NCBI RefSeq assembly: GCF_006345805.1
Contig: NC_043009.1
Coordinates: forward strand, 48,112,001-48,176,000
Length of the DNA stretch: 64,000 bases
From: Octopus sinensis
Taxonomy: Eukaryota
Direction of reading: 5' to 3'
This document shows positions 11,794 through 24,206 of this stretch, in pieces. Positions within the stretch are counted from its first letter, which is position 1; every line of letters begins with the position of its first letter. The notes beneath the pieces are model-generated. The model saw nothing but the letters and a program-made list of their open reading frames with translations. It was not told the origin of the DNA and searched no databases. Made by a program: the position numbers and the translations under genes.

Positions 11794-12569
11794 TAAATGA
11801 TATATAAATATATGTACATACCTACATATATATATATACATTCATATATGGGTACAGGGCATCAAAAAACGTAGACACAATGAGAAAACAAAAACATAAA
11901 ATCAAAAACATAAAAAATGAACCGTTTTTTGAACAACGAAATAGAAAAACAAGCAGAGAAACGAGACATGGAACACCCATCCTTTGGACGGTGTAATTTA
12001 TTATAATGGTGCACTCCTGTGGATGGTTTAAGTTGAATTGGCCTGCAGTTAGAAGTCGTTTCAAGTTGATAAACCCAAAATATATAATTACCATTTTCGT
12101 TAGCAAGTTTATGATATGGTATTAAGCAACTTAGGTAATGAATAAAGTTTTTGAACACAAATTTGGCAGTTAGTAATAAATGAAGGACGATGACATAAGA
12201 TCACAACTGCAGTAGGCATTAGGGATCCTATATCATACCTGAAGCATCTTATATCATGTACTTATATATCTTGTAATGCCTAACTCAAATGTATTGAAGG
12301 TTTTTTTCAATGAAAGTCATGTATGATAAAGAAAAGCAAGCATTTATAGTAAAGACACAGATAGAATAATGGTACGTACAAAAATAAATGTCAGAGTATG
12401 CTTATGAACAAACAATGTGCATGAAGTAAGAAGGGTCGTTGAAGGTAATTTACTGTTAACAGCAATCAGGGAAATGAAGCAAAAAATATCAATGAAAAAC
12501 TTGTAGGAAGTCTGATTGCTAATGGCTACAGTTTGGCATTGATGTGAAGATTGCAGTAGAGGTATAACT

Positions 12570-13990
12570 AATGTAGGGTTGCTTTGTATATGACATTTTT
12601 GGTTTTTTCCTTCAGGAGCATAGATGAATAAGTTGTCTGGATGGTCAACTCTGGAACAACTGATGTAGAATTATCCATGTGAAAAGCATGCTGTTCGAAG
12701 GCCCAATCTGACAACTTTCGGTGACTGACCTTGTGCTTTGTTAATTGTTGTGGTGAAGATGAGTTTGAGAGGGAACTGAAGTCTCTCCATAGGGTAGGAG
12801 CAGCCTGTTGGGGTTAGAGAAACTTTTGGAATGAAAACGGTATTGGTTTTGCCATGTCCCATGATAATTTGGGTTTCAATGATGTGGTCCATCATTTGTT
12901 TGATCACAAGGTGAGTTTCATTGCATAGTGTGTGTGTGTGTTTAGATTGCATAGGAGGATGACAGGGCAACTGACTTTTAAGTGAAGTTCATGGGGAGGG
13001 TTCCTGGGGGAACTTGGGAGTTGAGAAGTTTTGTTCGAAAGTGTGTAATCTGATCAAGGTCGGTAACGGTGTCAACTGATCTGTAACAATGTTCTTGAGA
13101 ACAGCCCTGTTGCGAAGCCAATCTGGTTTTGTGAATTCTGTTGTAAGATTTGGGTAAACGGCAGAACATAAGACATCAAGGCTGGAGACAGTGTGGCCAA
13201 TGGTGGTAGTGTCAATGTATCCATTGTTGTGGAACCTAATTTGTCCATTGCCTATTTTAAGGAGCATTTCTGAAAACTGGGTTGTAGGCTGACCAGTCTG
13301 TAGGAGTGCTCTCATGTTGATGGTGAGTTGTTTTGATTGGACATGCAACCAAGGGAAGAATTCTTTTAAGGCAGGCATTAAGTTCATCAGCAGGTTTTCC
13401 TTTGGATATAGCAGGCAGAGTTTGTCAAAAATCTCCTGCAGGAAGTAGGGTCGCACCTCCAAGGATGTTGTTGTTTGATCTAAGGTCTCTCATTGTGTTA
13501 TTAAGTGCTTGTAAGGAACATTTATGGGACATAGTTACTTCATCCCAAACAATGAGTTTGCACTTTTTCAAAATTGTCACTTCGTCCAAGGAATGCATTA
13601 TGTGGCAAGTTGGGTTTTCTTGCTGTTGTTCATTGAAAGGTAATTTGAAGGTAGTGTGCTGTTCATCACCATCAAGAAGAGTCGAGGATATTCCTGAGGA
13701 GGCAACAGCAATAGCAAGGTCACCATTATGGCACAACTTCACAAGAAGAAGATTCAGGAGGAATGGTTTTCCAGTTCCTCTGGGTATGTTTAAGAAGATG
13801 ATTTCACCAGTGTGTGTGTAGATGTTTTTGAGGACAAAATTGTATATGTCAGCTTTATCGGAATTTAGAAGGGGCTTATTGCCTGCAATGTACTGTTTGA
13901 GTTTGTGGATGTTTCTCTGAGAACGAGGTGACTGTGGCAGGCGTTTTCATTCTTGTCTGGACTGTTGAGAGAATAACCATCCAATCATTG
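12570..13990 (-). pseudogene. Helitron RepHel Pif1-family helicase relic with stops and frameshifts
   Basis: Motifs in order: IFLNIPRGTGKPFL (Walker A), AVASSGISSTLL, LIVWDEVTM (Walker B), AGDF*QTLP, RLQFPLKL...TINKAQGQS, CFSHG*FYISCSRV, KTKNVIYK. Confidence 0.92.
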
Positions 13991-14008
13991 ACCTCCAACT
14001 GCCATAAC

Positions 14009-14242
14009 AAAGGAGGCAGCTGGTAGAATCGTTAGCACGCCGGGCGAAATGCTTAGCGGCATTTCGTCTGGCATTACGTTCTGAGTTCAAATTCCGCCGA
14101 GGTCGACTTTGCCTTTCATCCTTTCGGGGTCGATAAATTAAGTACCAGTTACGCACTGGGGTCGATGTAATCGACTTAATACCTATGTCTGTCCTTGTTT
14201 GTCCTCCCTGTGTTTAGCCCCTTGTGGGTAGTAAAGAAATAT
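14009..14242 (+). mobile_element. Family D SINE, full single unit, tail a
   Basis: gctggtagaatcgttagcacgccgggcgaaatgc head, gagttcaaattcc B box, Meta-like domain, tail gtccttgtttgtcc...gccccttgtgggtagtaaagaaat. Confidence 0.9.
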
Positions 14243-14279
14243 TATTTTATTATTATTTTGGTAAAGCACTTGATGCTAG

Positions 14280-14479
14280 TTTGAGCCATTTGACAGTGAT
14301 CATGCTGGAGCACCACCTTGAAGAGGTTTTATTCGAATGCACTGACCCCAGTACGTTTTGTTTCAAGCCTGGTACTTACTCACTCAATCTCTTTTGCCAA
14401 ACTGCTAAGTTATGCGGAAATACACAAACCAACACTGATTGTCAAGAAGTGGTAGGGGACAAACATATACACAAAGACA

Positions 14480-14513
<34 letters not shown>

Positions 14514-14646
14514 CATGTGCATGCACTCACACACATGCGCACACACGCACACTCATGATGGGGATCTTTTAATTTCCATCGACCAAATACACTCACAAGG
14601 CTTTGTTGGCACTGAGCTAAAGTAAAGGACATTTGTCCAAGGTGCC
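14280..14646 (-). mobile_element. Family C SINE, degenerate
   Basis: catgctggagcaccacc tail, (CA)n core, actcacaaggctttgttggc...ccaaggtgcc. Confidence 0.8.
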
Positions 14647-14760
14647 ATATATATATATATGCAATATACAGTATTATCACAACTGTATGATGAACAGAAA
14701 CATAAAACTCTGAGTAATAGTTTGTGAAGATTTTTCAGCTTTAATAAAATGTATGTATAT

Positions 14761-15145
14761 TGAAGAAGCACTCCGTCGGTTATGACGATGAGGGTTCCGG
14801 TTGATCCGATCAACGGAACAGCCTGCTCGTGAAATTAACGTGTAAGTGGCTGAGCACTCCACAGACACGTGTACCCTTAACGTAGTTCTCAGGGATATTC
14901 AGCGTGACACAGAGAGTGACAAGGCCGGCCCTTTGAAATACAGGTACAACAGAAACAGGAAGTAAGAGTGAGAGAAAGTTGTGGTGAAAGAGTACAGCAG
15001 GGATCACCACATCCCTGCCGGAGCCTCGTGGAGCTTTAGGTGTTTTCACTCAATAAACACTCACAACGCCCGGTCTGGGAATCGAAACCGCGATCCTATG
15101 ACCGCGAGTCCGCTGCCCTAACCACTGGGCCATTGCGCCTCCACC
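14761..15145 (-). mobile_element. tRNA-derived SINE, head A + tail 1, full length with 11-bp TSD
   Basis: Minus strand GGAGGCGCAATGGCCCAGTGGTTAGGGCAGCGGACTCGCGG...GTTTCGATTCC; TSD tgtatgtatat at 14750-14760 and 15146-15156; near-identical to the copies at 28746 and 62943. Confidence 0.94.
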
Positions 15146-15195
15146 TGTATGTATATATATATACATACATACTTATATATATATATATATATATC

Positions 15196-15487
15196 TTACT
15201 CTTTACTCTTTTACTTGTTTCAGTCATTTGACTGTGGCTATGCTGGAGTACTGCCTTGAATCGAACAAATCGACCCCAGGACTTATTCGTTGTAAGCCTA
15301 ATACTTATTCTATCTGTCTCTTTTGCTGAACCGCTAAGTTACAGGGACGCAAACACACCAGCATCAGTTTTCAAGCGATGTTTGGGGGACAAACACAGAC
15401 ACACAAACACACACACACACAAACATATATCTATATACATATATACGACGGGCTTCTTTCAGTTTCCGTCTACCAGATCCACTCACC
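15196..15487 (-). mobile_element. Family C SINE 3' two-thirds
   Basis: ttactcttttacttgtttcagtcatttgactgtggc tail and gggcttctttcagtttccgtctacc body. Confidence 0.88.
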
Positions 15488-15489
15488 AT

Positions 15490-15660
15490 TTTTTCACTTA
15501 CGGTACACTTATATTCTTTTCAAAATTCAGTGGCACACATGAAATAAAAATATTACTTAAATCATAAGGAAAAAAGTTATATTCAGGTTACACTGCGGCA
15601 CACCTAACATCCTCATGTGGCACACCTGTATGCTGCGACATACCAGTTGTGGAGCATTGA
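15490..15660. mobile_element. Probable hAT-type MITE end
   Basis: Repeated gcggcacac/gtggcacac motifs followed by ccagttgtggagcattg, resembling Charlie-type termini. Confidence 0.45.
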
Positions 15661-15670
15661 TATATAGCAT

Positions 15671-15770
15671 NNNNNNNNNNNNNNNNNNNNNNNNNNNNNN
15701 NNNNNNNNNNNNNNNNNNNNNNNNNNNNNNNNNNNNNNNNNNNNNNNNNNNNNNNNNNNNNNNNNNNNNN
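15671..15770. other. Assembly gap (100 N)
   Basis: Run of exactly 100 n; true size and contiguity unknown. Confidence 1.
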
Positions 15771-16019
15771 GGAGACAGATAGAGAGGCTGATTGATGCAT
15801 TTATAGGAGAGTAGTTAGAGGGAGGAGGAGGAGGAGGAGGAGGAAGGCGAGAGCGGAGATGTCAATGGTTTAGACGAGAATGAAACGAATGGAAATGCGA
15901 AGTGAAGAACGGCGAGAGGAATGGTCGTTTGTTTGGTTTCTGATTTCCAAGATAAACCAGATCGATTGCTAATGAGAAATATATTCATTCCATGTTTATA
16001 CAGTTTAATAAATAAACAT

Positions 16020-16332
16020 ATACGCATACATACCTACATACATACATATATACATACGTGCATACACATATACTCACACACACACCCACATACAATATAT
16101 ATACATGCACCATATACTATATATATATGTATGTTATACACACACACACACACACTATATATGTATATATATATGTAAATATATATATATAATATATGTT
16201 GTGTATATATGTATATATATATACATATATAAAACATGTATATATATCTATATATATATATATATATATAATATATATATTATATATATATAATATATAT
16301 ACATATATATATATATTATATATATATTATAT

Positions 16333-16406
<74 letters not shown>

Positions 16407-17031
16407 TATATATATATAGTATATATATTTATATATATATATATATATAGTATATAATAATCAATAAAAAATAAATAGAATTTATAAATAAAAAAGAAAT
16501 TTTGCATCGAGGAAATTTTGGTAAATTCTTCGATTCCTTGCTCTGAAGACAATTGAGTGAAATTGATTGTTTTTAAAAATCAATGAAAACCGATTCTACC
16601 CTAAAATAGACAGCCGACCCTTTCTCCCCTAACTCTCCCCTCTTTCGTTGACTAGGATTTAACCTAACCAAGTAGGGGTGGGCAGAAACAGACTTTAGTT
16701 GTTGACATTATTGATTTCTGTGAAAATGCTCCTGATTTTCTTTTATTGTTGCATATATGTTTTTTTTTTGTATTTTTGTTTGTCTTTTATTATTATTTTA
16801 TTTTTGTACTTGTATTTGTATGGAGCAGAAAATAAACATGTTTTTTTTTTGTTAAATAAAATGAAATAAAATAGAACAAAATAAAACGTAACGGTGTTCG
16901 TGGTGGGATATACAATGTAGAATAAATCCTATATATAACCTATACGTGTATATACATACATACATACATACATACATATACACACACACATACGTACATA
17001 CATACATACATACATACATATACACACACAC

Positions 17032-17064
<33 letters not shown>

Positions 17065-17396
17065 CATAAAGACATACATACATATATATATAGATGATGT
17101 AAACTCTCTCATATACTCCCACATACGTACACGTACACGCGCACACACTCTCATACACACATATAAACGCAAATATGTATTTGCTTATACATACACATAT
17201 ACGTATGTATATATGTAAGTACGTAAGAATGTACTTATATGTAACATAATATATATAAATAAACATATATATAACATACATAGACGCACACATAGATATG
17301 TATACACACACACATACACACATATATATATACACACGCACAAATGTAAATCTAAATTTATACGTATATACCGTATTATACACATACACACACACA

Positions 17397-17451
<55 letters not shown>

Positions 17452-17575
17452 ACACATATATATACATACGTAAACACACACATATTTATAATTATATATA
17501 TATATATATACATACACAGGCACGCACACATGCACTACGCCCACGCCCACGCCCACACACATACACACACACGTA
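16020..17575. repeat. TA/TACA/CA microsatellite field
   Basis: Direct observation. Confidence 0.9.
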
Positions 17576-17712
17576 GGCGTTGAAATGTATTGCATATTGT
17601 GTGTGTATATTTTGTGGGAAGTCTGGAACCGTCAAGTCAGGAAGAAGAGGTGACGAGAAGGAGAAAGAGAAAGAAACTAGGAAAGAAAAATGAAAGAAAG
17701 AAAGAGAGTGAG

Positions 17713-17962
17713 AGAAGAAGAAGAAGAAGAAGAAGAAGAAGAAGAAGAAGAAGAAGAAGAAGAAGAAGAAGAAGAAGCAGGAGAAGAAGGAGAAGAAAAA
17801 GAAGAAGAAGAAGGAAAAGAAGAAGAAGAAGAAGGAAAAGAAGAAGCAGGAGAAGAAGGAGAAGAAAAAGAAGAAGTAGGGTGTGAGAGAGCAGATAAGG
17901 AAAGAGAGAAAAAAAAAGAATGAGTAAAAAAAAAGACTAGCAGTAGACAAACAGACAGATAG

Positions 17963-18017
<55 letters not shown>
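17713..18017. repeat. (GAA)n polypurine tract with variant units, followed by (GATA)n
   Basis: Pure GAA at 17713-17777, GCAGGAGAAGAAGGAGAAGAAAAA unit twice, GATA tract at 17957-18016. Confidence 0.95.
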
Positions 18018-18904
18018 CTGACAGATTTGTAAGTAGATAAACAGAGAGGCAGGGAGAGAGATAATTAAAGAGTGTGCAAAATATATGTAATCTCAAAAGA
18101 AACAAATTCAATATAAAGAATGCATTAAAATGCGTTAAAGGACGTGCGTGCGTAAATGGAGATATCTTGAGAAATATAGACTATATCTGTTCCTTCATTA
18201 TAAAGTTGAGCATCGTGCTCAGAATGATAAATACGAACAGTATTTTGGTTAAAAACATCTCCATCCTATCTAAAATTTATTACTCCAAATGCTTAATGGA
18301 TAAAAAAAAGAACCCAAGTATTTCATTAGAAGAATGAAATGAAGTACTTACGTAATTGAGAAGGGCACGCAGAGAGATGATACTAAGTTCGAATGTTTTT
18401 AAGGTTTAGGGAATAACATCTAAAGTTTAAAAAGAGCTAAAGACGTTCGAAGCATATCTCTATAATTTGGCAAAAAAAAAAAAAAAATTCTTGAAGTTCT
18501 ATAATAGCTTTAAAAAATCCTGAAACAAAAACTTAATTGCTTTACGTGATTCTGAAAAAAAAATATCTTTGTCTCATCGGTTGAAACCAAAATCCTTTAT
18601 GGCGTTGATAAAAGCACAGAAAAGGGAAGTACTGTTCAGTAACATCACCAATATTTGTAAAATAATTGGACACCATTACACACACTTCTATTACCCTTGA
18701 GGCTTAAGATATTGCTGCAGCTCTTAACACAGGGAACAGTGTAGAATTAACGTAAATTGCTCCATTGGTGGATGTTAAATTTTAGGATATTATTCTGAAC
18801 ATATGTAGGCAGAACAATGAATTTTGCCTGAAGAGCTATGTTATGGCGAAACTAGTAGTTTTAGTATAGAGTGTAGTACCTAGGTATTAATAAATAATAG
18901 ATTT

Positions 18905-19355
18905 CAAAGAAGATATGCTATGATATATATATGGAAGATACTGGAAGGACTGGTACCAAACTTTGGAATAAAGAGCTATACCAGACCACGAACAGGACGC
19001 CACTGTGCTGTCCCCACTGTGCCGACTGCTTCATCACGGGCAAGGACGATGTACTGCAATAGCTTGGGGTTCAAGGGCCCACAGCTGTTTAACTGTCTGC
19101 CGAGACATCTGAGGAGCCTTCATGGAGTGGATGTAGACGCTTTCAAACGTGAACTTAACCTCTGGCTCGCAGAGATTCCGGATGAGCCAATATCTAAGCA
19201 AGAAACTCAAAAGAGGGCAGTAGCATCGAACTCCATCCTTCACCAGAAGCCGCTCCGACAAAGGTGGAAAATGGAAAGATGATTACAATGGCGGTGCTCC
19301 AGCATGGCCACAGTCATTGGACTGAAACATATAAGAGAATAAGAGAATGAGAATA
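18905..19355 (+). mobile_element. CR1-group LINE 3' end (ORF2 C-terminus, 3' UTR and short-repeat tail)
   Basis: ORF 18920-19282 IYIWKILEGLVPN...GPQLFNCLP...FKRELNLWLAEIPDEP...ASNSI; tail (aagagaat)n. Confidence 0.85.
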
Positions 19356-20015
19356 TATTTGAAAAAGAAAGCGTATATTGAAGTTAAAACTCATTTCAAA
19401 GAATTTGATAAATGCAATCAACATGTAAGGCAATTGCCGCAGTGTGTTGTAAGGTTAGAACTGTAAATTGTACGAGAGACGGAATATACAGAAAATCAAG
19501 GAAAAAAACCTTTAAATGTTAATCAACCATTACTTTGCTGAAAGTGAAGAATAACGGCTTAGCAAGAAACAATATTACTAAGACTTGCTGGTGTTAAAAG
19601 AAGTAGGATAGCTTGCGAAAGAAAGGAAGCGCTAGAGAAACTACCGTTAGCTCCACGGAGACACCAAGAATGTGAAAAACCATTAATCATCATGGAAGTG
19701 TCACCGGAGGAAAGATTTGAGAGAGAGAGAGAGAAATGGAGAATTTGTTGGTAGCTGCAGGAAAGTAAGTACTAAATAAAAATTCAGTAAATAAGGATAT
19801 TTATTGCCCCACTGCAACAAATAAATGCCGTTTAAGTAATCAACAAATGGAAAACATTGATCATTTTGTAGCATCTTGTAAAATATTAGCTTAGAAAGAA
19901 TACAAGCAATGGCATGATGAGGTCTGTCTTAATTTGCATTGGTCATCCATCAAAATATTTGGATACAACACTTCGGACAAGTGGTAGAATCATGTATTAA
20001 ATAAAGGTTCTAAAT

Positions 20016-21101
20016 CAGAGATTCTCAAAGTTTTTGGGCCACCGCCCCACTCATGGCCACATAATATCCTCAACACCCAACCCTATTTTTATGTATAGAT
20101 ATATATTTTATATTTTACTAACTATATATATATATATACTACGAGCAAAACGCCCCCCCCCCGTCCAATGGACGGTGCTCTGTTGTCAAACATTTAAACC
20201 AAATTTTCTCAAAACAACTTGTCCTATGGGACGGTCGGACAAGTTGTTTTGAGAAAATTGATTTAACCTAAATTTGAGACGCCAGCAAAAGAAGAAATAA
20301 AGAAAGACTCTTTTTCTATTCCAAAGAAAGACGATTTTATTCACACAAATATGCAACTGAAGAGTTTAAAGTACCAGTAACGATAAGGCTGTTGACTGGG
20401 AGAACACAAACATGGTTTAAACGGTAAGCTTGGCAGGAAAGAAACGTACCTTTAAGCAGTACAAAAACAACAAAAAATGGAAGGTGCAGTTATGTTCAGG
20501 TTGACAGAAGAAAAGCAGGACAAAAACGATGCATGTAAATAGGTTAGCGGGAGGTAAATCTAGATGGAAAAGCATGATGAATTTATGAGAACGTACCTGG
20601 GAGAATAATAAGTTTATCCAATAAATCATGTAGGAAATTATCTTGGGGCGATTTTCGATGAAAATTAAATATACTGCATTTTGTGGCATTATTTCAAGCC
20701 AGCCGGCTTTTTTGCGCAACCTGCACGTGCAATTTTTCTCGCGTACGCGTAGTATAGATCGCAACAGCTGATCTACTTGCGCGTAGAAATGCACGTCGGT
20801 ATATACATATCAAATTTGAGCGCAATCGGATGGCGGATGCCCGAGATCCTAGAAGACACACACACAGACAGACAGAACGGATTTTATATAATAGATGAAT
20901 CATTTGATATTTAATACAATATTATATAATTTGTGTACAATACTATAATAATATTATAAATTCATTGCGTCCCCAAATCCACTGCCTTCCTCTCAACGCC
21001 TCCTTTTTCTCTACCTCCGCTTACACTCTTAGGCACCAGCGCCCACCTGGATCGTCTCAACGCCCATCAGGGAGCGGTAGTGCCTACTTTGCGGACCTAT
21101 G
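20016..21101. mobile_element. hAT (Charlie/Buster-type) MITE with 8-bp TSD
   Basis: TSD ttctaaat at 20008-20015 and 21102-21109 (central TA); termini cagagattctcaaagt and actttgcggacctatg match at 12/16 as inverted repeats. Confidence 0.85.
20142..20895 (-). mobile_element. Non-autonomous Helitron
   Basis: Minus strand begins A^TCTATTATATAAAA with a (TCTG)/(TG) tract and ends with hairpin CCGTCC-ATT-GGACGG then CTCG^T; A/T insertion site, no TSD. Confidence 0.8.
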
Positions 21102-21419
21102 TTCTAAATGAACCTGGTAAACTAAAACGTTGTATAGGGCTTTGACATCCAGACAAATAAAATAATTGAATTTCGTAGACCAGCTATCATTATACTTAAC
21201 ATGGAAAAAGGAGATTGCCTTATGAAAAATTTTGCAATTCTTTCAGCGGGTGAAAAATGAGAAAGAGTTACTGACAAAGCAGAAGAAAATATTTCAAAAA
21301 TAGACTGGAATTAATGTAGAAATATAAAAAAGCAGGGTCAGAGGCCAGATGTAAAGAAAAAAAAAACCTTACCTGATAATACTGGAACATGAAGCTGAAG
21401 GAAAGAAAAAAACCCAGAC

Positions 21420-21595
21420 ATACATGGCTGTGTGGTCAAGAAGATCGCTTTGCAGCCACGTGGTTCCGGGTTCAGTCACACTGCACAGGTCATTTGGGCC
21501 AACACATGCCTTATGAGTGAATTTGGTAGAAACTGTATGGAAATCCGTCTTATATATGTGTGTGTATACATACATACACACATACATACATACAT

Positions 21596-21644
<49 letters not shown>

Positions 21645-22140
21645 TATATATTAAAAAAAGGGAGGGGGAGAATTTTGATTACCCCACGTGGTGAGTAGTA
21701 ATGCAAAAGATATATATATATATATATATAGGGATATAAACTTAAAGAAGGAAAATACACAGTTTAGATAGTTTTAATATATTCTTAAATGTATTTTATA
21801 TAAAAGAATATTGTGTTTGTTGACCGGTTTCGCTTTCGCTCATCATAACATTGAAATTATTGCAACTTCGTATTTTATGTATGCATGTATGTATGTGTGT
21901 GTGCACGCGCCCGTATGTGTGTGGGTATGCGTGTGTACTTGTGCGTATCTGTGTGTCTTTCTGCTTGTCTGTGCTTCCATCGCTTAGTTTGTTTACGAAC
22001 TTAGTAGTACGGTAAAAGAGACCGATAAAATATATAATAGACTTAAAAAATAAGCACTGGGAAAGATTTGTTCGACTGAACCATTCAAAGCGGTGCCCCA
22101 CCTTGGCCGCAATCTAATGACTGAAACAAGTTGAAGAAAG
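21420..22140 (+). mobile_element. Fragmented family C SINE(s)
   Basis: Head at 21424-21550 and tail at 21990-22135 (gcggtgccccaccttggccgcaatctaatgactgaaacaag). Confidence 0.7.
21818..21850 (-). ncRNA. Minimal type-I hammerhead-like motif, C3 mutated
   Basis: TGTT-ATGATGA-GC(GAAA)GC-GAAA-CCGG-TC-AACA; 4-bp stem I and GUC triplet, but A3 cannot pair with G8. Confidence 0.55.
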
Positions 22141-22325
22141 ACATCACACCGAACAGCTGGCCCTCAAAACAGATATACAGGAATTCCATAATATTTGACT
22201 TCCTTCGTACACTTCATATTCCTAGAACGGTATACTCAGTCAACAAACCTTAAAGAGTAAAAGTTAGTTTGGAGCAAAATATCAATAAAAATTAATAAGA
22301 TTCGTAATGTGATGTGGGAAAATAT

Positions 22326-22945
22326 TATTCTTTTCTACTCTAGCCACAAGGCCCGAAAATTTTAGGAGAGGGTGTCAGTCGATTAGATTTATCCAGTAGG
22401 CAACTGGTACTTAATTTATCGACTCCGAAAGGATTAAAGGCAAAGTCGACCTCGGCGGAATTTGAACTCAGAACGTAAAGACAGACGAAATACCACTAAG
22501 CATTTCGCCCGGCGTGCTAACGTTTCTTATTTTTTTATTGCCCACAAGGGGCTAAACATAAAGGGGATAAACAATGACAGACAAAGGGATTAAGTTGATT
22601 ACATCGATCCCAGTGTGTAAGTGGTACTTAATTTATCGACCCCCGAAAATATGAAAGGCAAAGTCGACCTCGGTGGAATTTGAACTCAGAACGTAACGGC
22701 AGACGAAATACCTATTTCTTTACTACCTATAAGCGGCTAAACGAGAGAGGACAAACAAGGACAGACAAACGGATTAAGTCGATTATATCGACCCCAGTAC
22801 GTAACTGGTACCTATTTAATCGACCCCGAAAGGATGAAAGGCAATGTCGACCTCGGCGGAATTTGAACTCAGAACGTAGCTGCAGATGAAATACTGCTAA
22901 ACATTTCACCCGGCGTGCTAACGTTTCTACCTGCTCGCCACCTTT
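22326..22945 (-). mobile_element. Head-to-tail array of three family D SINE units
   Basis: gtcgacctcggcggaatttgaactcagaacgta occurs three times; tails a, a, b. Confidence 0.92.
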
Positions 22946-23009
22946 ATGGGAAAATAATATTGACGGCAATAACAACAATAACAACGACTGATAATAACTC
23001 CTTTTAGTG

Positions 23010-23400
23010 TGCCCGGCTGGTAGAATCGTTTGTACGCCGAGCAAAAGGTTCAACAGCATCTCATTCATCTTTACATTCTGAGTTCAAATTCTGCCGAGGT
23101 CAGCTTTTCCTTTTATCCCTTTCAGATCAATAAAATAAGTACCAGCTGAACTGTTGAGTTAATGTAAACGATTGGATATTTTTTCGACCACTAACGATTC
23201 TGCAAGTCTACTTCAACTACAAGAACAACAACAATAGCAGCAGCTATTACAACAACAATAGCAGCAGCTATTACAACAACAACAATAATGATCTTTTCTT
23301 CAAATTTTGGTACAATGCCAGCAATTTTAGAGGTAGTGGGTTAGTCAATTTCCTCGATTCCACTAGTTGGCTGGTACATATTTTATCCACCCCGAAAGTA
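23010..23400. mobile_element. Degenerate family D copies in opposite orientations around a (CAA)n tract
   Basis: gagttcaaattctgccgaggtc (+) and caaattttggtacaatgccagcaatt...ccacccgaaag (-). Confidence 0.65.
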
Positions 23401-23539
23401 GGGCCGGGTTAAGACCCATAGAGTCCTTAAGAACTTAAAAGACTTTGGTGTCCCCATATACATACATACATACATACATACATACATACAGATATATATT
23501 ATATATATATATTATTATATTATATATATATGTCTATCA

Positions 23540-24132
23540 GCCCTTTCACGCTTATTCGTTCATTCCACTCTTTGTTCTGGCCTTCATGCTCACTTTCCCT
23601 CCACGTTTCACTTCACTGTGTCCCTGTCATTTTTTTCTTGCCCCTCCTTAATTTTTTTGTCTCTCTGCCTTTCCTTCTCTTCTCTTCCCACGTGACCGGC
23701 GTTCGGCCGAGCCTGATCGATCTTTCTTTCTTTCTTGGTCTGACCATTGTCCGTGCAACATCGATATTCCTCCCTCTGTCTGTGAAATCTTGTATCCATG
23801 TCGTAAGGCTTCATTTCCACACACACCAGCTTAATTAAATTCTTCCTTAGTCGAAAGACCTGTTGTTATATCCTGTTATTTTTATTGTATTTGTGTAACA
23901 TTGTCCGTTTTTTTCGGTCCTTGTTTTTGTATACATTCGCTGCTTTCTTCCAAAGAATCAAATGCTCTTAGCTTAGGTTTTACCTTGGGGCTGGCCAGAT
24001 TGAAGCAATCTCGAGTATAACCAGCCGAAATTGCAAAGATAATCTGGAACTCGACCGAGGAAAGAAAACTCAGAATGACCATCCTTGTTTGCTTTCTATC
24101 GTCTATCTGGATGTTTTTTGATCTTGTCCCAT
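23540..24132 (+). mobile_element. Unclassified interspersed repeat inserted in (TA)n (possibly Penelope-related terminal repeat)
   Basis: 23880-24131 aligns with the reverse complement of 46050-46350; (TA)n on both flanks. Confidence 0.7.
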
Positions 24133-24136
24133 TATA

Positions 24137-24206
<70 letters not shown>

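Larger units (their letters stand above)
18350..21330 (+). mobile_element. Old R4/Dong-clade LINE, heavily decayed, host of three nested insertions
   Basis: ILPEE near 18825; KNLINAINM near 19400; zinc-knuckle relic KCRLSNQQMENIDHFVASCKILA*KEYKQWHDEVCLNLHW at 19820-19945; RLE relic FDIQTNKIIEFRRPAIII after 21140. 5' boundary uncertain. Confidence 0.7.

Noticed and set aside
12570-13990. Host PIF1 helicase gene
   Set aside because: Intronless, with multiple stops and frameshifts and a Helitron-type C-terminus (KTKNVIYK); best read as a transposon relic.
15070-15143. tRNA gene (and similar heads at 29065, 29257, 57351)
   Set aside because: A and B boxes are present, but the sequence continues into a SINE body and tail with TSDs and has no proper acceptor stem.
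16540-16600. CTGAAGA...GAAA motif near a TA array (similar cases at 2140-2165 and 12055-12105, minus)
   Set aside because: No consistent stem I or cleavage triplet.
17590-17923. Poly-E / poly-R ORFs
   Set aside because: Translations of the (GAA)n tract.
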